64,000 bases of DNA from Octopus bimaculoides (Eukaryota): contig NC_068985.1 in the NCBI RefSeq assembly GCF_001194135.2, positions 54,161,656 to 54,225,655 of the forward strand, in the 5' to 3' direction. The notes beneath the pieces were generated by a model that saw only the letters and a program-made list of their open reading frames with translations, did no database searches and was not told the origin of the DNA. The stretch's first letter is position 1; every line of letters begins with the position of its first letter. The translations under genes were made by a program, and so were the position numbers. Of the stretch, positions 59,676 through 64,000 are shown piece by piece.

Positions 59676-61619
59676 TCAAAGATTATGAACCCTATGTTTA
59701 TATAATGCAAAGTGTTGAAAATACCATCCAGTATTTAGCTTCATCTCTGTAGATTTTGATTTTAAATTCCAACCGGGACCCAGTTTTACCTTTCACCATT
59801 CCCAAGTCAATAAAATAAAAATCTACAATACATTAGGCCCAATTCTGCCAAATATACTCTCTTATATTTGAGTGCATATGTATGTGTGTGAACACACACA
59901 CATATATGCATCATCATTTTATGCCCACTTTCCATGCTGTCATGTGTTGGATGAATCATTACAAAGCAGGACAATTATCAGAAAGAGTTACTGCCCTTCT
60001 CAATGGGCCAAAGGGCCATATCTCACTTGTACAATCCATTTTATTGCGGAACTAACACATGAAAGGTTGTCATGACCTCGATAAGCTCTCTTAACCCTTT
60101 GTTGCATCTGCTCATTCGCCAACTACTTTACAGAGTGCACTGGGTGCATTTCATGCAACACCAGCGCTAATAATCTTTCCTTGTTCTCTGTAGGAATAGA
60201 GAATTTTCACTGTTTTATGTGATTTTTTTTTTTTGTTTTTATTCAAGGCAACATGACCAAGACAGAGAATAGAAGATGAACAAAAATGGGTGGTCAAAAG
60301 GGAGAAGAGTATGATCATAGAAACAGAGTGATTGGGGTGAGAGTAGTAGACAAGGAGAGTTGGAGAATGGTAGGAGTGAGTGACAGATGTAAAGAACAAG
60401 TAGCCCAAGTGGGAGAGGGAGTGGTGACAGGCAGTACAAAGTAAAAGAGAGTATTGCATGTGTACAAACAGGTTTGATACATTCCTTATACATATGTCTT
60501 GCAAATGGATAAAGTGATGAGAATAGTGATAGGTGGATTGGATGAAGGTAGGTTCAATGCATTCACTCATTATATAGTAGGCATGGTACAATGAATAGGG
60601 GAGAGAGAATTTGAGAAACAAGAGAAAGCCATCTCTAGTTACATGGACAGTAGTGGTACAGCAAATAGGATGCATGTATTCATACATACATGCAAAACAT
60701 TTTACAAATTCAAACATGTAAATACCTATAGATATTCATCTCATTTCTCATTTCATCCACTTTTCATGCTGGCATGGGTTGGAAACATTACTGAGTCTGT
60801 TCTTACTGCCTGCTACAAAGGTCAGAGGACCACGTGTCACTTGTATGTCCCATTTTAGACTTAGTTTCTATGGCTGGATGTTATTCCTATCACCAACCAT
60901 TTTACAGAATGTACTGGATGCGTTTTATCAGTACAAGCACAAGAGAGTTTGTCAATCCATAACAATACTAAAGGGTTTTCTCAACTCCCTATTTTCTTTG
61001 CTCCTTCAGCAACCACTTTACACAGTATATGCTGGGTGTACTTTATTATGATACCAGTATCTGCAAGGTTGCCTTGTAACCCATTGAATTAGAGAATCTT
61101 TATTATTGCTTGATGTGTTAGTTCACTTAAGGCAACATAACTAAGATAAATAATAAAAAAGAGAGTTCCCTTCACCATCCAGGGATGGATGGGTGACAGG
61201 AGAATAAATATGACGGCAGAAACAGAGATTTGAGTGTAGGTAGTGGAGAGCAACAGAGAGAGAAAGAGAGTAATGGATAATAATGGCAGTATACAGTAGT
61301 AAGAGTGAGTGATTGATGTTAATAATGAATGGCCTGGGAGAGAAAGGGTGATTGATGATAGAGGGTTTGGGTAGAAACAGATCTAGGATCAACCCTTATA
61401 CATAGGCAGTATGATGGGCAAGAGGAGTGATATGGAGGAATTAAAATATACACATATCCAAAGAGAGAGAGAATGTTTGAGATAAGATGGTCAAACAAGT
61501 CCAATGACATCCCTAGTAACATAGGAAATAGGGAGTGGTAATCAGGAGAGATCTTCTGCTATCTATAAATTTTATCAATGGCCTGGCACTATGCGAGATG
61601 AGAGAATATCAAAAAAGCA

Positions 61620-62530
61620 GTGCTTCATCACAACCACCATTTATGTTTGCTTCACTATATTTTCACAGACAGCTAACTCTTCTTCAGCACTGTGTTGCTA
61701 TGTGATATGGTCCTCCTTTGTGTGGTGTAACATCTTCAAAATAACTTTCACCATTTTGTCTACAAGCTCTCTTCCATCTGCTTTTGTCAAGAATTCCATA
61801 CACATTAAACATGTAGTACACCTTTACCAAACTGTCATCTTTCATATGCATCACACATCCATGCTAGCACAGTTTGCTTCTGTCTTGCACACATCTGTTA
61901 CCTACCGCATGTCTAGTTATTATCTCACCTCTCATACACATCTAGCATACAAACTTTTCTAGTCTTTGCAAATCCTCAACATTCAAGGCCAACACCTCAC
62001 TATTACATATGCAAGCATCACACAATCTGTCCTTCACACTGGGGGTAAAATCTCTTTGTTACCAACAGAGGTAAGAGATTCTTGAACTTTTTCCAACTTC
62101 TTCTTATTGAGGCTACTATGCTTTTACAACAACAACCACCCTCCTGATAATTAGGCTACCTAGGTAACAAAAGCTATCAACTACTTTTAGGGAGACTTCC
62201 AAACATTTGTGAAAATCTATTTCCAGTGAACTCTTTGTGCTCACTGCTCCTTGTGCAACAGTCACACATGAAGTCTACCATCTCTGTTAACCTTCCTATA
62301 ATCCCACTACAGTTCTTGTGCACTTCTAGTCTAAACTGAGTACACTATATGGAACTCTTACAAACTCATTCTCTGCATTTCAAGCATGGCAGCAGGGTCC
62401 TTTCATCTACTTTCTAATATTTTAGCTTTTGCTAAGTTTAATTTAAGGTCACTCAGTTTTAGGCTTTGTTTCCCCAACTGAAGCTCCTAAATCTTCAACA
62501 GATTCAGCTATAAGAACTTGATCTTTCCTT
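61620..62530 (-). mobile_element. RTE-clade LINE fragment, RT C-terminal half to 3' end
   Basis: Minus translation VDSFCYLGSLI..., SWKKFKNLLPLLVTK..., LALNVEDLQRLEK; homologous to the 37365 and 53410 fragments. Confidence 0.75.
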
Positions 62531-62552
62531 CATCTCTCCCTCTCTCTCATAT

Positions 62553-62830
62553 ATCATCATCATCATCATCATTTAACATTTGCTTTCCATACTGGTATGG
62601 CTTAGACTGTTTGACTGGAGCTGGTAAGCTGGAGAGCTGCACCAGGCTCCAGTTGTCTGTTCTGGCTTGGTTTCTACAACTGGATGCCCTTTGTAATGCC
62701 AGCCACTTCACAAAGTGCACTGGGTGTCTTTTCCATGTCACAAGCACAGGTACCGCCTATGTATTACTAGCACAGGTACCTCCTGTGTGTCACTGGCACA
62801 AGTGCCTTTTATGTGTCACTGGCAGAGGTA
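62553..62830 (-). mobile_element. Family D retroposon with about 23-bp body repeats
   Basis: (ATC)n, family D tail, then repeated TGTGTCACTGGCACARGTRCC-like units at 62715-62830. Confidence 0.75.
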
Positions 62831-64000
62831 CCTTTTACATGTCATGTATACACACACATACAACTGATAACCAAAGTTTTGTATTAATGAAGTAGTTGTT
62901 AATTAAAATTTGTGCCCTCCCCACCCACCCAACAGTCAGCTGATTATCTGATTGTGCACCAAAATAAGGATACCTAGAGTGCTGGCAGAGTACCATGGCC
63001 AATACTCTGGTGCACAGTTAAATTAATCAGCTGACCATTGAATGTTAAGAGGCCTGCTCTGTATATACTCACTGTCACTTATAGAGCATTGAATACATTA
63101 ACTTCTGTTGATCATGTGTGTGTGTGTGTGTGTGTATTGCAGGTGTGGTGGATTAGTAGGTGTCAGAAAAAATACCTTGCAGTATTTGTTCTGAGTATTT
63201 ACATTCTAAATTCAAATTTCCATGTTTCGGAAGCAATCCCATACCAGATCAATACTCTCTAAACTTCAGTATCTATACAGTTTAACATTATTCTCAACAC
63301 AGAATTCATGACTCAAAAGCTGCATTCCATCCATAACCTGCCATATCATTTCTTTAAAGAATTTATTTAGCATCTATTTCTGGTATAATTTTGCTCTTGA
63401 TTCTAAAAAGACACTTTTCTTTTTATAGTGATGATTATGATGAGCATGTGATGTCAAGACAAAGAGACACTAACATACAGCCGAGTACAGGGGTTGGTGC
63501 AGTCAAGTAACCCTGTCACCCAAATTTCAGACATTACATCTATATCAAAAATAAGAGAGAGAGAGAAAGAGAGAGTGTGTGTGTATGTGTGTGTGTGTAT
63601 GCATGCACGCGCATGCATGTGTGCACATGCACACTCTCACACATGCAGTGAAACCCACTAATTGTGCTATTTAGATAATAATAACCAGTTAACATTCTTG
63701 CAGCGGCTATGGAATCGTACTTAAAGGGGTTTTGGACTCACTAATCTTGATAACAATAAATCCTTGATAATATTATTTGTGATTATGAAAATTGGTTTCT
63801 ACTGTATATATTTACAAACAGCATTATAACTGAAGTAAAATCAATTGTTGTCAGTTTTTGTGGGTACATAGCACTTAGCCCTTAGCCTGAAAACAAGTCT
63901 TAGTATATATAGGCATGCTTAAAGGAATGAGGGAATTGGATAGAGGGTGTACAGTTTTTAAAGAATGAGGTAGTTGGACAGAGAGAGTATAGCAACAATT

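Noticed and set aside
60240-61560. Purine-rich stretches possibly from a LINE endonuclease region (ILDLFL on the minus strand)
   Set aside because: Too degraded to assign by eye.
1-64000. CRISPR arrays, rRNA or prokaryote-type systems
   Set aside because: No regularly spaced repeat-spacer array, rRNA-like sequence or operon structure; the DNA is eukaryotic intron.

Overview
AT-rich, microsatellite-dense eukaryotic genomic DNA with several N gaps. The repeat content and scaffold style suggest an octopod cephalopod (inference). The window is almost entirely intronic. I can support one coding exon: minus strand 12573-12688, translating to (S/A)GSYVALTLLGK...RITGPRPVD, which is the end of the PDZ domain plus linker of an RGS-RhoGEF (ARHGEF11/PDZ-RhoGEF, ARHGEF12/LARG, fly RhoGEF2 family). 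I found no neighbouring exon of this gene in the 12.5 kb downstream or the 51 kb upstream. The rest is a transposon landscape: about five modular tRNA-headed or RTE-tailed SINE families (dozens of copies), decayed RTE and CR1/Jockey-like LINE pieces, three mariner lineages including a palindromic fold-back derivative, one maT (DD37D) element, hAT and piggyBac-type MITEs, a Gypsy-like 3' end with a very short LTR, and a Helitron-like element. The most notable signal is two related microsatellite-anchored repeats (21647-21676 and 41395-41421). Each carries a differently damaged minimal hammerhead-ribozyme motif of the Penelope type, in the sense orientation of the host pre-mRNA. Most ORFs in the supplied track are microsatellite or gap artefacts. 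Repeat boundaries were set by eye and are approximate unless TSD/TIR coordinates are given. I found no evidence for a wholly new biological system; the leads below are candidates to test.
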